NCBI GenBank assembly: GCA_963709605.1 | Contig: CAVPWX010000019.1 | Location: 21,120 to 85,119 of the forward strand | From: an uncultured Chloroflexia bacterium | GTDB lineage: Bacteria; Chloroflexota; Limnocylindria; Limnocylindrales; CSP1-4 | Length of the DNA: 64,000 nucleotides | Reading direction: 5' to 3' | In this document: piece by piece, positions 43,786 to 60,763 of the stretch | How the letters are laid out: each line of letters starts with the position of its first letter | How positions within the stretch are numbered: the stretch's first letter is position 1 | The notes under the pieces: model-generated | Database searches by the model: none | Seen by the model: the letters and a program-made list of their open reading frames with translations, nothing else | What the model was told of the DNA's origin: nothing | Program-made: the position numbers and the translations under genes

Positions 43786-45375
43786 TCAGTGTCCTCCCGC
43801 CAGCACGGCGGCTCGCTCGGCGGGCGTTGGGCCGGCCGGGTCGGCGGCGGCCGCCAGGCCGGGCGGCTCGACGGTGCGCCAGGCGGCCCCGGCCGTGATT
43901 CCTTCGTAGGCCCGGGCGAGCTCCAAGAGACGGGCCTCGGACCAGGCCGGGCCGATGAGCTGGAGCCCCACCGGGAGGCCGTCCGACAGCCCGCAGGGGA
44001 CGCTGATCCCCGGCAGGCCGGCCATGTTGGGCGGCAGGGTGCAGGCGTCGGCGAGATACATGGCGACCGGGTCTCCCATCCTCGCCCCGAACGGCCAGGC
44101 GACGAAGGGGCTCGTGGGCGCCACGAGGGCGTCGATCCCGCTCCCGAAGGCGGCGTCGAAGTCGCCCTTGATGAGCGTCCGCACCTTCTGGGCCTTGAGG
44201 TAGTAGGCGTCGTAGTAGCCGGCCGAGAGGGCGTAGGTCCCCAGCATGATCCGGCGCTTGACCTCGGCGCCGAAGCCGCTTCCGCGGGTGGCGAGGTAGT
44301 TCGCCAGCACGTCGCCGCCGCGCACGGAGTGCCCGTAGCGGATCCCGTCGTAGCGGGCCAGGTTGGCGGAGGCCTCCGCCGGGGCGACGATGTAGTAGGC
44401 CGCCAGGCCGTACTCCGTGTGGGGCAGGCTGACGTCGACGATCTCGGCCCCGGCCGCCGCCAGGGCCGCCACGGCCTCGCGGACGCGGGCCTCGACGCCG
44501 GGCTCCATGCCGGCCACGAAGTACTCGCGGGGCAGCCCCAGCCGGACACCGCGCAGCGCGCCGGCCGCCTCGTCGTCCGAGGCCGGGAGCGCCAGCAGCT
44601 CCCCGGGGACGGGGATGGGGGCGGAGGTGGAGTCGCGCTCGTCGCGGCCGGCCACCGCGTGGAGGAGAAGCGCGGCGTCGCGGGCGTCGCGCCCGAACGG
44701 CCCCACCTGGTCGAGCGACGACGCGAAGGCGACGATCCCGTAGCGGCTGACCCGCCCGTACGTCGGCCTCATCCCGACGATCCCACAGAGAGCCGCCGGC
44801 TGGCGGATCGAGCCGCCGGTGTCGGTGCCGATGGCGAGCGGGACGTGGTAGGCCGCCACGGCCGCGGCCGAGCCACCGGAGCTGCCGCCGGGCACACGGT
44901 CGAGGTCCCACGGGTTCGCCGTCGGCCCGTAGGCCGAGTGCTCGGTCGACGAGCCCATGGCGAACTCGTCCATGTTGAGCTTGCCCAGGATCACGGCGCC
45001 CGCGTCGCGGAGGCGTTCGGTGATGTGGGCGTCGAAAGGTGCCACGTAGCCGGCGAGGATGCGGCTCCCGGCCGTGGCCTGGCCGCCGCGCACGGTGACG
45101 AGGTCCTTGAGGCCGACCGGGACGCCGCACAGGGGGTGGAGGGCGGCGAGGGCCTGCCCTCCATCCGCCCGGGCGGCCGCGAGCCGGGCGTCCGCGGCGT
45201 CGGCGGCGGCCAGGGCATTCGCCGCGTCGATGACGAGCCAGGCATTGAGCGCGCGGTTGCCCGCCTCGGCGGCCTCCAGGTGGGCGGCGGTCAGCTCGCG
45301 CGAGGAGATCTCGCCGGCGCGGAGGCGGGCCGCCATCGCGTGGGCGGTGAGGCGGGTCAGGGAGCGCTCGGCCAT
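43786..45375 (-). CDS. gatA: Asp/Glu-tRNA amidotransferase subunit A
   Basis: ORF 43786-45570 trimmed to ATG 45373-45375. Amidase signature GGSSGGSAAAVAA..GTDTGGSIRQPA. Confidence 0.9.
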   Translation of the reverse strand: MAERSLTRLTAHAMAARLRAGEISSRELTAAHLEAAEAGNRALNAWLVIDAANALAAADAADARLAAARADGGQALAALHPLCGVPVGLKDLVTVRGGQATAGSRILAGYVAPFDAHITERLRDAGAVILGKLNMDEFAMGSSTEHSAYGPTANPWDLDRVPGGSSGGSAAAVAAYHVPLAIGTDTGGSIRQPAALCGIVGMRPTYGRVSRYGIVAFASSLDQVGPFGRDARDAALLLHAVAGRDERDSTSAPIPVPGELLALPASDDEAAGALRGVRLGLPREYFVAGMEPGVEARVREAVAALAAAGAEIVDVSLPHTEYGLAAYYIVAPAEASANLARYDGIRYGHSVRGGDVLANYLATRGSGFGAEVKRRIMLGTYALSAGYYDAYYLKAQKVRTLIKGDFDAAFGSGIDALVAPTSPFVAWPFGARMGDPVAMYLADACTLPPNMAGLPGISVPCGLSDGLPVGLQLIGPAWSEARLLELARAYEGITAGAAWRTVEPPGLAAAADPAGPTPAERAAVLAGGH

Positions 45376-45388
45376 GGTCCGGCGATCC

Positions 45389-45685
45389 CTACTCGCGGCC
45401 GATGATGGCGGGCACGAGGAGGAAGTCACCGTCGCGCGCGGGCGCATTGGCGAGGGCGTCGTCCACCGCGAGCGAGGTCCGGGTGACGTCCTCGCGGAGG
45501 ATGTTCTCCAGCTCGATCGTCTGGGCGGTGGGCGGGATCGCGTCGGTGTCGAGCCGGGCGAGGACCGCATACTGGTCCAGGATGTGGTTGAGCTGGCCCT
45601 CGAGGCGCGTCAGCTCCTCGTCGCCCAGGCCGAGCCGGGCGAGGTGGGCGACGTGCTCGACATCGGCGCGCGAGAGGGTACCCAT
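45389..45685 (-). CDS. gatC: Asp/Glu-tRNA amidotransferase subunit C
   Basis: ORF 45389-45685. Sequence: LSRADVEHVAHLARLGLGDEELTRLEGQLNHILDQYAVL.. Confidence 0.85.
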   Translation of the reverse strand: MGTLSRADVEHVAHLARLGLGDEELTRLEGQLNHILDQYAVLARLDTDAIPPTAQTIELENILREDVTRTSLAVDDALANAPARDGDFLLVPAIIGRE

Positions 45686-45799
45686 GGCCCCCGATGATAG
45701 CCGAGCGGACGGGGGCCGCCGGAGATCGGCAGGTGGCGGGGCGGTCCGGGGCGTCTGCGGTCGCTGCCGGGTCGTCGGCGACGAGCGCGACAGTGCGCC

Positions 45800-50939
<5,140 letters not shown>

Positions 50940-50994
50940 GTCCCGATTGTACCGGCGCCGGCTTCACGGCCCCTTCACCGGCGAGGGTCGGGCG

Positions 50995-51804
50995 CTACCC
51001 GCGGACCCCGCCCGGTGCGTCGTCGACCTCGTCGGCAGGGGGTGCGGTGATCGTCAGCGGTTCGTCGTACTTGCTGAGCTCCAGGCGGATCGCCAGCGGG
51101 GCCGCGCCGCCGGCCGGGATGTCGAGGCCGAGCGTGGCCAGGCGGAGGTCGTTCTTGCGGACCCCGGCGGTGACCGTCACGTCGCCGACCGCGTCCGCCA
51201 GCCCGGGGATCGAGGTCCCCAGTGAGCCCAGGGCGTCGCGGACCTCCGCCGCGGGGACGGTGAAGCGCACCGTGTAGCAGTCGGTGCCGGTGCAACGGGT
51301 GTCCTCGAGCTTCTCGGGCTCGAGCTCCGGCCGGGCAAGGAAGGCGGCCATGCCCTCCAGGATGGCTCCCGGGTCGCCGCCCACCCCGCCGGCGGCCGGC
51401 TGCTGCACCCAGCGCTCGCCGGTGAGGAGGGGGGCCCTGAGATACGAGAAGCCGTCGACCACCACGAGGTCCAGCCGGAAGTTGAAGAGCGCCGGCGCGA
51501 GCAGCTCGACCGCGAGCGCCTCCCCGGCCACGTCCACGTCGCCCTCGAGCGTCGTGCCGTCGAGCGGCAGGGGCGCCCCGCCGCCGATCCCGAGGGCGTT
51601 GATGGCGACCTCGCCGTCGATCGCGCCGCGGAGGTGGACGGTCTCGAGCTCGCCGAGCGAGGCGGCGCCCGCCTGGAGGATCTCGACGGGGTCGGTGAGC
51701 GGCGTCGCGCTCGGCCCGCAGGCGGCGACCGCGACGAGGACGATCGTCGCGAGTGCCGCGGCGAGGAGCGGGCGGTATGCCCGGCCCGAGGCAGAGTGAA
51801 GCAT
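50995..51804 (-). CDS. lipoprotein resembling the LppX/LprAFG family
   Basis: ORF 50995-51804. Lipobox LVAVAAC. Length and pattern (..LGELETVHLRGAIDGEV.. ..FSYLRAP..) fit lipid-binding LprG-like lipoproteins, but the assignment is tentative. Confidence 0.5.
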   Translation of the reverse strand: MLHSASGRAYRPLLAAALATIVLVAVAACGPSATPLTDPVEILQAGAASLGELETVHLRGAIDGEVAINALGIGGGAPLPLDGTTLEGDVDVAGEALAVELLAPALFNFRLDLVVVDGFSYLRAPLLTGERWVQQPAAGGVGGDPGAILEGMAAFLARPELEPEKLEDTRCTGTDCYTVRFTVPAAEVRDALGSLGTSIPGLADAVGDVTVTAGVRKNDLRLATLGLDIPAGGAAPLAIRLELSKYDEPLTITAPPADEVDDAPGGVRG

Positions 51805-51945
51805 CGGAACCTCAGGAGGACGCCCGACACGCGGGCGGTCGCGCTTCAGCGTGCCGCACGACCGCGTCCGCGGTCAAATGGCCGGCCAGCGCGCGGCAAC
51901 GGCGGCGCGACCTCCGGCACTCGCCATCCCGACACCCCGGAATCG

Positions 51946-51981
51946 GAAGGGGCCCCGGCCGTTCCCGGCCGGGGCCCCTTC
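51946..51981 (-). terminator. strong hairpin downstream of groEL (intrinsic terminator candidate)
   Basis: A perfect 16-bp stem GAAGGGGCCCCGGCCG / CGGCCGGGGCCCCTTC with a 4-nt loop, 24 nt after the groEL stop (52005-52007). Confidence 0.65.
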
Positions 51982-52004
51982 GCTGCGGTGCGAGAGAGGG
52001 AGGG

Positions 52005-53717
<1,713 letters not shown>

Positions 53718-54020
53718 TCAACCCTCGACGATCGCGAGGATGTCCTTCTGGCTCACGATGAGGAGATCGTCGCCCTCGACCTTGAACTCGGTCCCGGCGT
53801 ACTTGGCGTACAGGACCTTGTCGCCGACCTTGACGTCCATCGCCTCGCGCGTGCCGTCGTCGAGCATCTTGCCCGGCCCGGCCGCGAGGACTTCGCCCTC
53901 CTGGGGCTTCTCCTTCGCGGTGTCCGGCAGGACGATGCCGCTCTTCGTCATCTCCTCGCGCGGCAGGGGCTTGACGACGACGCGGTCGCCGAGCGGGCGA
54001 AGCTTGTTGGAAGTGACCAA
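53718..54020 (-). CDS. groES: co-chaperonin GroES
   Basis: ORF 53718-54200 trimmed to TTG 54018-54020, 8 nt after GAAGGAGGA. Sequence: (M)[49 protein letters not shown]. Confidence 0.9.
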   Translation of the reverse strand: MVTSNKLRPLGDRVVVKPLPREEMTKSGIVLPDTAKEKPQEGEVLAAGPGKMLDDGTREAMDVKVGDKVLYAKYAGTEFKVEGDDLLIVSQKDILAIVEG

Positions 54021-54186
54021 CGCGCAATTCCTCCTTCGAGACTGCTTTCGCGGCGGGCGCCTGGCGGCGCCTCCCGCCCGATCGACTGGCTGCCTCCGCG
54101 GGCTCGCGGCCCGGCGAGGGCTCCCCGGTGCCTCGCCAACGGGTTCCGTCCCCATCCGGGCGGGAGCCCGGCACGACGGCCGTTTG

Positions 54187-54213
54187 CTAGCACTCATCAA
54201 CTGAGAGTGCTAA
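54187..54213. promoter_or_regulatory. CIRCE element (HrcA operator) upstream of groES
   Basis: CTAGCACTC-N9-GAGTGCTAA versus the consensus TTAGCACTC-N9-GAGTGCTAA, about 170 nt upstream of the groES start. Confidence 0.85.
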
Positions 54214-54307
54214 CGATCCTAGCCGACGGCTGCGGAGATGTCAACGGGCGCACCGCCGGGGCCGGCGGGACCGGCGGGGGCGTCCGCGTGCGGGTACGCT
54301 GCGACCC

Positions 54308-55136
54308 ATGAACAGCTGCATCGCGCTCCGCGCGGCGGGGGCCGAGGCCGTCCTGGACCCGGCTGCCGGTGGAACGAATCGCCGCCCTGAGGGTCGGCGG
54401 CCTCGAGGTGCTCGTCACCGAGGGCTGGGGTCCCATCGCCTGGGGCTGCTACCCGATGATTCCCTGGGCGGGCCGGCTTCGGGACGGGGTCCTCCGCTGG
54501 CGTGGCGAGGAGCACCGGCTGCCGGCCGGCCTGCTCCCCCCGCACTCCATCCACGGGACGCTCCTCGAGGCGGCCTGGGAGATCGTCGAGGTCGGCCCGG
54601 CCGAGGCGACGCTGGCGGCCGATCTCGGGCCACCCTGGCCGTTCGGCGGCCGTGCCGTCCACCGGGTGACGCTCGGGGCCTCGAGCCTCCTCGCGGAGAT
54701 CGAAGTGCACGCCGGCGACCGGCCCATGCCGGCGGTCGTGGGCTGGCACCCCTGGTTCCCCCGGGTCCTGCGCGACACCGCGGGTACCCCGGTCGGCGAG
54801 CCGCTGGTCGTGGACCTCGCCGCCGGCGGGATGCTGCGGCGCGGCGCCGACGGGCTGCCGACGGGCGAGGTGGTTCGGCCGGCCCCGCCCGGACCATGGG
54901 ACGATTGCTTCGTCGAGCTGGCGGACAGCCCCGGCGTCCATTGGCCGGGCGCCCTCGAGGTGCGGATCGCAAGCAAGGCCCCGTTCTGGGTCGTCTACAC
55001 GGAGCGCGCCGACGCGGTCTGCGTCGAGCCGCAGACGGGGCCGCCGAACGGGCTCAACAGCGGCGAGCACGCGGTGGTGGAGCCGGGCTCTCCGCTGGTG
55101 GCCGAGATGACGATCACCTGGCGCGGTCGCTCCTGA
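54308..55136 (+). CDS. aldose 1-epimerase family protein; apparent +1 frameshift near 54373
   Basis: MNSCIALRAAGAEAVLDPAAGG (ATG 54308) joins RIAALRVGGLEVLV... of ORF 54369-55136 after removing one A from ggAAcg. Later motifs: HGTLL.., GWHPWF.., CVEPQTGPPN. Confidence 0.7.
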
Positions 55137-55253
55137 GGCGTCGCCGAAGCCACGCTCGCGCGCCGGCCTGCCGCACGCGGGCCCCGCTCGCCGCACGCCC
55201 CGGTGGCCACGACGGGCGGCCGCTCCCCGGGGCCGCTCCCCGGGGCCGCTCCC

Positions 55254-56078
55254 CTACCCGGCCGGGGCGGGGAAGACCCGGTCGAAGGCGGCGACGAGCT
55301 GGGCGCCCAGGGCGTCCGGGCGCTCCCCGCGCTGCTCGGCCACCCAGGCCGCCGTCACCCGGACCCAGGCCGGCTCGTTGCGCCGGCGCGGCGCACCGGG
55401 CGGCGACAGGTAGGGCGCGTCCGTCTCGACGAGGAGCCGCTCGGCGGGCACGAGGCGGACGCTCTCGGCCGTCGCCTCCTCGCCCTTGCGGAAGCAGAGG
55501 CCCGAGATCGAGATGGCACAGCCCAGCTCGAGGGCGGCCGCCACGTAGTCGACCGGCCCCGAGAGCGAGTGCAGGATCGCCGGGGACCGGTCGCGAAAGG
55601 CCTCCCGGGCCGCCGAGCCCCCGAACCCGGCTGCCCGCAGCTCTGCGAGGAGGGCATCCTGCGCGTCGCGCTGCCCGGCGGCACTCCGGCAGTGGAGGAT
55701 CGCCGGCTTGCCGGTGGCCAGCGCCAGGGCAAGGTTCCGCCGGAGGCTGACGAGCTGGTCCTCGACGGGCGAGAAGCGCCGGTCGTAGTCGAGGCCGGTT
55801 TCGCCGATGGCGACCACGGCAGGGTCGGCCGCCAGGGCGGCGGTCCGCTGCCAGGCCGCCTCGTCGGTCTCGGCCGCGGCGTGGGGGTGGATGCCGACCG
55901 CGGCGACGAGCCGCGGGAAGCGCGCCACCAGCTCGAGGGCCCGGACGCTCGAGGCCTCGTCCCAGCCGGGCACGAGGATCCGCTCGACGCCGCCGATCTC
56001 GGCGGCCGCGAGGATCTCAGCGACGTCGTCGGCGAACTGCGGCGACTGGAGGTGGGCGTGGCTGTCGACGAGGCGCAT
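55254..56078 (-). CDS. tatD: TatD-family metal-dependent hydrolase/DNase
   Basis: ORF 55254-56393 trimmed to ATG 56076-56078. Sequence: MRLVDSHAHL..GETGLDY..HCRSA..ETDAPYL. Confidence 0.85.
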   Translation of the reverse strand: MRLVDSHAHLQSPQFADDVAEILAAAEIGGVERILVPGWDEASSVRALELVARFPRLVAAVGIHPHAAAETDEAAWQRTAALAADPAVVAIGETGLDYDRRFSPVEDQLVSLRRNLALALATGKPAILHCRSAAGQRDAQDALLAELRAAGFGGSAAREAFRDRSPAILHSLSGPVDYVAAALELGCAISISGLCFRKGEEATAESVRLVPAERLLVETDAPYLSPPGAPRRRNEPAWVRVTAAWVAEQRGERPDALGAQLVAAFDRVFPAPAG

Positions 56079-56095
56079 CGGCGGGCCGCCTTCGC

Positions 56096-57826
56096 TCAGG
56101 CGGGCGCGAGAGCAGCCGGACCCGGGCCGGAGCCGGCGGGGCCGGTCTCGGCCCCGGCCGGGCTCGTCTCGGCAGGATCGTCGGCGGCCTCGATCTCGAG
56201 GCGCGGGAAGAGCGGCGTGGGAACGGCGAGCGTCCCCGGCTCGCCGGCCCGGGCCCCCCACGCGAGCTCGTCGAGGAGCGCGGGGCCGCCGGTCCCGTCC
56301 GGGGCCCACGGGTACGCGTAGCCCAGCTGGGCGAGGACCCGCGGCGCGGCGCCCGGCATCACCGGCGCGGCCGCCAGGGCCACGAGCCGGCACGCCTCGA
56401 GGAGGTCGCCCAGGACGTCGGGCAGCCGCGTCGCGGCCACCGCGTCGCCGGCCTTCGCGGCCTTCGCCATCGCCCAGGGAGCCTCCGCGTCGACCGTCTT
56501 GTTGGCGGCCCCGACGAAGTCCCAGAGCGCGGCCAGCGCCTCGTTGACCAGGCAGCCGTCGAGCTTCTCCTCGACGACGCGGAGCGCCCCGGCCCAGGCG
56601 GCGGCAAGCGGCGCGTCCGCGGCGGGACGCGGTGCCGGCCGCTCGCCCGCGAGGTAGCGGCCCGCCATCGTGACCGTCCGGTTGACGAGGTTCCCGAAGT
56701 CGTTCGCGAGGTCGGCGTTGTAGCGGCGCAGGAAGCCGTCCCAGGAGACGTCGCTGTCACGGTCGAAGGCGACCTCCCGCAGGGCGACGTACCGCGCGCC
56801 GTCGGCGCCGAAAGCGGCCACGAAGTCGAGGGGATCGAGGAAGTTGCCACGGCTCTTGCTCATCCGCTCGCCCTGGGCCAGCAGCCAGCCGTGGACCCAG
56901 ACGTGCCGGGGCGCCTCGAGCCCGGCCGACCAGAGCATCGCCGGCCAGAAGATCGTGTGGAAGCGGGCGATGTCCTTGCCGATCACGTGGAGGTCCGCCG
57001 GCCACCAGCGGGCGAACAGCGCCGGGTCGTCCGGGAAGCCGGCGCCGGTGATGTAGTTGATGAGCGCGTCGTACCAGACGTAGATCGTGCCGGCCTCGGG
57101 GTCCCACGTCCCGTCGGGGCGCCGCGCGTCCGACCCGTCGGGGAGGACCGGGAACGGGATCCCCCACCCCGCGCCGGCGCGGCTGATCGAGAAGTCCTCC
57201 AGGCCGCCCCGGATGAAGCCCAGCATCTCGTTGCGCCGGTAGTCGGGCTGGACGAAGTCCGGGTGCTCCTCGTACCAGCGCTCCAGGCGCTCCTGGTAGG
57301 CCGAGAGCCGGAAGAACCAGTTCTTCTCGGTGAGCCACTGCAGCGGCACGTCGGGGTGGTTCGGGCAGATCGTGCCGGCAGCCGTCTCGGCGACGTCGGT
57401 CGCGTTCCGGAAGCCCTCGTTGGGGCAGTACCAGCCCTCGTAGATGCCGACGTAGATGTCGCCGTTCGCGTGGGCCCGCCTGACCATCTCCTGGGCCGAC
57501 CGGACATGGTCGGGGTCGGTCGTCCGGATGAAGCGGTCGGGCGAGATGAGGAGGGCGTCCTCGGCCGCCTGGAAGAGGGCGACCTTCTCGTCGACGAACT
57601 CCCTGGGGGTCCTCCCCTCTTCCGCCGACCGCATCGCGATGTTGACGCTGTGCTCGTCGGTGCCGGTCAGGAAGCGGGTCGGCACGCCGCGCATGCGGTG
57701 CCAGCGGGCCAGGGCGTCGGCCCCGATGACCTCGTAGAGGGTGTGGACGCCGGGCTTGCTGTTGGCGTAGGCGATGGCGGTCGTGATGTAGAAGCGGTCG
57801 GGGACGCTGGGACGGGAGTCGGGCAT
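56096..57826 (-). CDS. metG: methionine--tRNA ligase
   Basis: ORF 56096-57904 trimmed to ATG 57824-57826. Motifs FYITTAIAYANSKPGVHTLYE (HIGH-type region) and KMSKSRGN. Confidence 0.92.
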   Translation of the reverse strand: MPDSRPSVPDRFYITTAIAYANSKPGVHTLYEVIGADALARWHRMRGVPTRFLTGTDEHSVNIAMRSAEEGRTPREFVDEKVALFQAAEDALLISPDRFIRTTDPDHVRSAQEMVRRAHANGDIYVGIYEGWYCPNEGFRNATDVAETAAGTICPNHPDVPLQWLTEKNWFFRLSAYQERLERWYEEHPDFVQPDYRRNEMLGFIRGGLEDFSISRAGAGWGIPFPVLPDGSDARRPDGTWDPEAGTIYVWYDALINYITGAGFPDDPALFARWWPADLHVIGKDIARFHTIFWPAMLWSAGLEAPRHVWVHGWLLAQGERMSKSRGNFLDPLDFVAAFGADGARYVALREVAFDRDSDVSWDGFLRRYNADLANDFGNLVNRTVTMAGRYLAGERPAPRPAADAPLAAAWAGALRVVEEKLDGCLVNEALAALWDFVGAANKTVDAEAPWAMAKAAKAGDAVAATRLPDVLGDLLEACRLVALAAAPVMPGAAPRVLAQLGYAYPWAPDGTGGPALLDELAWGARAGEPGTLAVPTPLFPRLEIEAADDPAETSPAGAETGPAGSGPGPAALAPA

Positions 57827-57933
57827 GGCCGCGCGATCGTAGCAGGGGTGGAGCGACGCCCGGGGGGCGGGGGCGGTCAGCGCGTCGTGCGGAGCGCCTC
57901 CCACGGCCCTCCCGGCCGGTCAAGACGCCCCGC

Positions 57934-60204
57934 TCAGTGGCGGAAGTGGCGGACCCCCGTCAGCAGCATCGTGGCGTCGGCGGCGTCGGCGGCGGCGATC
58001 GCGTCGGCGTCGCGGAGCGAGCCGCCGGGCTGGGCGAACGCCGTGACGCCGGCGGCCAGGCAGACCTCCACCGCGTCGGGGAACGGGTAGAAGGCGTCCG
58101 ACGCACAGGCCGCGCCCACGAGCCGGTCGGCGCCAAGGAGCGCCGTCGCCTTCGCCACCGCCTGGCGGGCCGCGTCGACGCGGCTCGTCTGGCCCGAGCC
58201 CATGCCGATCAGCATCCCGTCCCGGACGAGGACGATCGCGTTGGACGTCACGCCCCGGACCAGGCGCCAGGCGAGGTCCAGGTCGCGGCGCTCGGCGTCG
58301 TTCGGGGCGCGCTTCGTGACCACGGTCCAGCCTGCCGGGTCGTCGGGGGCGGTGTCCGGCGTGGTGACGAGGACCGCTCCACCGGCAGACCGCAGGGAGC
58401 CGGTGGGCTTCGGCCCCGGGAGCGGAGCGGTCCCGCCGAGCCCCTGGTCGAGGACCAGCCGCAGGTTCGGCTTGGCCGCCAGGACCTCCATCGCCGCCGG
58501 GTCGAAGGCGGGCGCCACAACCACCTCGAGGAAGATGCTCGTGAGGCGCTCCGCGACAACCCGGTCGACCGGGCGGGTGAGAGCGACCACCCCGCCGAAG
58601 GCCGAGACCGGGTCCGCGGCCAGCGCGTCGTCCCAGGCCGCGGCGAGTGTCTCCCGCTCGGCCGCGCCGCAGGGGTTGGTGTGCTTGACGATGACGCAGG
58701 CCGGGCCACGGAGGAGGCGGGCGACGCCGGCCGCGGCCGAGCCGTCGAGGACGTTGTTGTAGGAGAGGGCCTTGCCCTGCAGCGGCGGCTCGCCGGTTGC
58801 GAACGGCCCGTCGGCGGCGGCCGCGCCCGGGCGCCGGTAGCGCGCCGCCGGCTGGTGCGGGTTCTCGCCGTAGCGCAGCGTCTCGACCTTCTCCAGGGTC
58901 ACCGTCAGGCGGGCCGGGTACGGGTCCTCGGCGCCGGGCATCCCCGGGTCGGCGGGGAGCGCCACGCCCTCGGCAGCCATCCGCTCCGGGAGCACCTCCG
59001 CGATCCGCGCGTCGTAGGCGGCCGTGTGGCGGAAGGCCTCGACGGCAAGCGCGGCGCGCAGGCCGGGCGGCACCGCGCCACCGGCGTCCAGGGCGGCGAG
59101 GACCGCGTCATAGCGCCCGGGGTCGGTGACGATCGCCACGCTCGCGTGGTTCTTGGCCGCCGCGCGGACCATCGACGGGCCGCCGATGTCGATCTCCTCG
59201 ACGAGCCCGTCGAGGTCGAGCTCGCCTCGGAGGGCGCGCTCGGCGGCCGCGGCGAACGGGTAGAGGTTGACCACCACGAGCTCGAAGGGCTCGATGCCGG
59301 CGGCCGCGAGCTGCGCCCGGTGGGCGGGCAGGCGCCGGTCGGCCAGGATCCCGCCGTGGACCCGCGGGTGGAGCGTCTTGACGCGGCCGTCGAGCATCTC
59401 CGGGAAGCCGGTGACCGCCGCGACGTCCGTGACCGGGAGACCGGCATCGCGCAGCGACCGCGCCGTGCCGCCGGTGCTGACCAGCTCGAAGCCGCGGGCG
59501 ACGAGCCCCGCTGCGAACGGGACGAGCCCCGCCTTGTCCGAGACCGACAGGAGCGCCCGGCGCGGCACCGGCACCGCCTCGGCCGCCCGGGCCGCGTCGA
59601 TCGTCACCCGCCGGCCGTCGACCCGCAGGGCACCCGCCAGCAGGAGCCCGACGGCCCGCGGCAGGAGGCGGTGCTCCACGGCCTGGAGGCGCTCGAGGAG
59701 CGTCTCCTCGGTGTCGCCGGCCAGGACCGGGACCGCCTCCGCGACGACGATCGGGCCGCCAGCGAGTGATGCGTCGACCAGGTGGACCGTGACCCCGGTG
59801 ACGGCCGCCCCGGCCGCGAGGGCGTCGCGGACGGCGTGGGCGCCGGGGAACGCCGGCAGCAGCGACGGATGGACGTTGAGGACCCGGCGGGGGAAGGCGT
59901 CGAGGATCGCGGGCCCGACGAGGTGCATGAAGCCGGCCAGCACGACCGCGTCGACCTCCATCGCCCGAAGCGTCTCGGCCAGGCTCCGGTCGGCCAGGGC
60001 ACGGGTGTCGAGGCTCCGGGCGCCGAGACCCTCGATGAGGGCCGTGTCCATCCCGGCGTCGGTCGCCCAGTCGAGGGCGGCGCACGACCCGCCGGCGAAG
60101 ACGAGGGCGATCTCGGCGTCCAGGGCCCCCCGCTCGATGCGCGAATGGAGCGCCCGCAGGTTGCTGCCACTCCCGGAGACGCCGATCGCGACCCGGGCGC
60201 TCAC
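57934..60204 (-). CDS. purH: fused phosphoribosylglycinamide formyltransferase (PurN) / AICAR transformylase-IMP cyclohydrolase (PurH)
   Basis: A single open frame from GTG 60202-60204. The PurN part is [39 protein letters not shown]. An ~12-aa linker DAARAAEAVPVP follows. The PurH part is RRALLSVSDKAGL..KTLHP..LLTGVRHFRH. There is no stop between them. Confidence 0.85.
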   Translation of the reverse strand: MSARVAIGVSGSGSNLRALHSRIERGALDAEIALVFAGGSCAALDWATDAGMDTALIEGLGARSLDTRALADRSLAETLRAMEVDAVVLAGFMHLVGPAILDAFPRRVLNVHPSLLPAFPGAHAVRDALAAGAAVTGVTVHLVDASLAGGPIVVAEAVPVLAGDTEETLLERLQAVEHRLLPRAVGLLLAGALRVDGRRVTIDAARAAEAVPVPRRALLSVSDKAGLVPFAAGLVARGFELVSTGGTARSLRDAGLPVTDVAAVTGFPEMLDGRVKTLHPRVHGGILADRRLPAHRAQLAAAGIEPFELVVVNLYPFAAAAERALRGELDLDGLVEEIDIGGPSMVRAAAKNHASVAIVTDPGRYDAVLAALDAGGAVPPGLRAALAVEAFRHTAAYDARIAEVLPERMAAEGVALPADPGMPGAEDPYPARLTVTLEKVETLRYGENPHQPAARYRRPGAAAADGPFATGEPPLQGKALSYNNVLDGSAAAGVARLLRGPACVIVKHTNPCGAAERETLAAAWDDALAADPVSAFGGVVALTRPVDRVVAERLTSIFLEVVVAPAFDPAAMEVLAAKPNLRLVLDQGLGGTAPLPGPKPTGSLRSAGGAVLVTTPDTAPDDPAGWTVVTKRAPNDAERRDLDLAWRLVRGVTSNAIVLVRDGMLIGMGSGQTSRVDAARQAVAKATALLGADRLVGAACASDAFYPFPDAVEVCLAAGVTAFAQPGGSLRDADAIAAADAADATMLLTGVRHFRH

Positions 60205-60566
60205 CGGGCGCCGGCCCCGCCTGCCCTCGACGCCGCGCTCGTCGTCGAGGACGCCCCGCCGAGGGGCTCTACGGCGCAGTGCTCGATGAGCGGGTTGGCG
60301 AGGAGCTCGCCTGCCAGCCGCTCCACGAGCGCGCGGGCGGCCTCCTGGTCGACGGCCTCCACGGTCAGCTCGACCCGCCGCCCCACGCGGACGTGGCCGA
60401 CCCCGGCCACGCCGAGGTGCCGCAGGCGCTGCTCCACGGCTCGCCCCTGCGGGTCGAGGATCCCTTCGTTGGGGGTGACGTTCACGGCGAACCGGAAGCT
60501 GCCGGCCGGCGCCGCGGCGGGCGCGCGATCCACGTCGGGTGTGCTCGTCGCGTCGGGCGTGCTCAT
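60201..60566 (-). CDS. purS: phosphoribosylformylglycinamidine synthase subunit PurS
   Basis: ORF 60201-60689 trimmed to ATG 60564-60566. Motif [29 protein letters not shown]. The stop overlaps the purN GTG (GTGA). Confidence 0.75.
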   Translation of the reverse strand: MSTPDATSTPDVDRAPAAAPAGSFRFAVNVTPNEGILDPQGRAVEQRLRHLGVAGVGHVRVGRRVELTVEAVDQEAARALVERLAGELLANPLIEHCAVEPLGGASSTTSAASRAGGAGAR

Positions 60567-60763
60567 GGGGCGATGACGTCCTCCTCGAGGACGACGCCGG
60601 CCAGCCTGGCCGGGCGCCCACAGCGACGGGACCGGCGGAGTATAGCAGGGGGTTCCGGCGGCCCGGCGGCCTCCCAGGCCGCACCGCAAGAGGACGATCC
60701 GCCCGGGGTCCCGGTACCTTTCGGCGACCCGGGGGACGCGACGCCGAACCGTACGCTGCGCTC

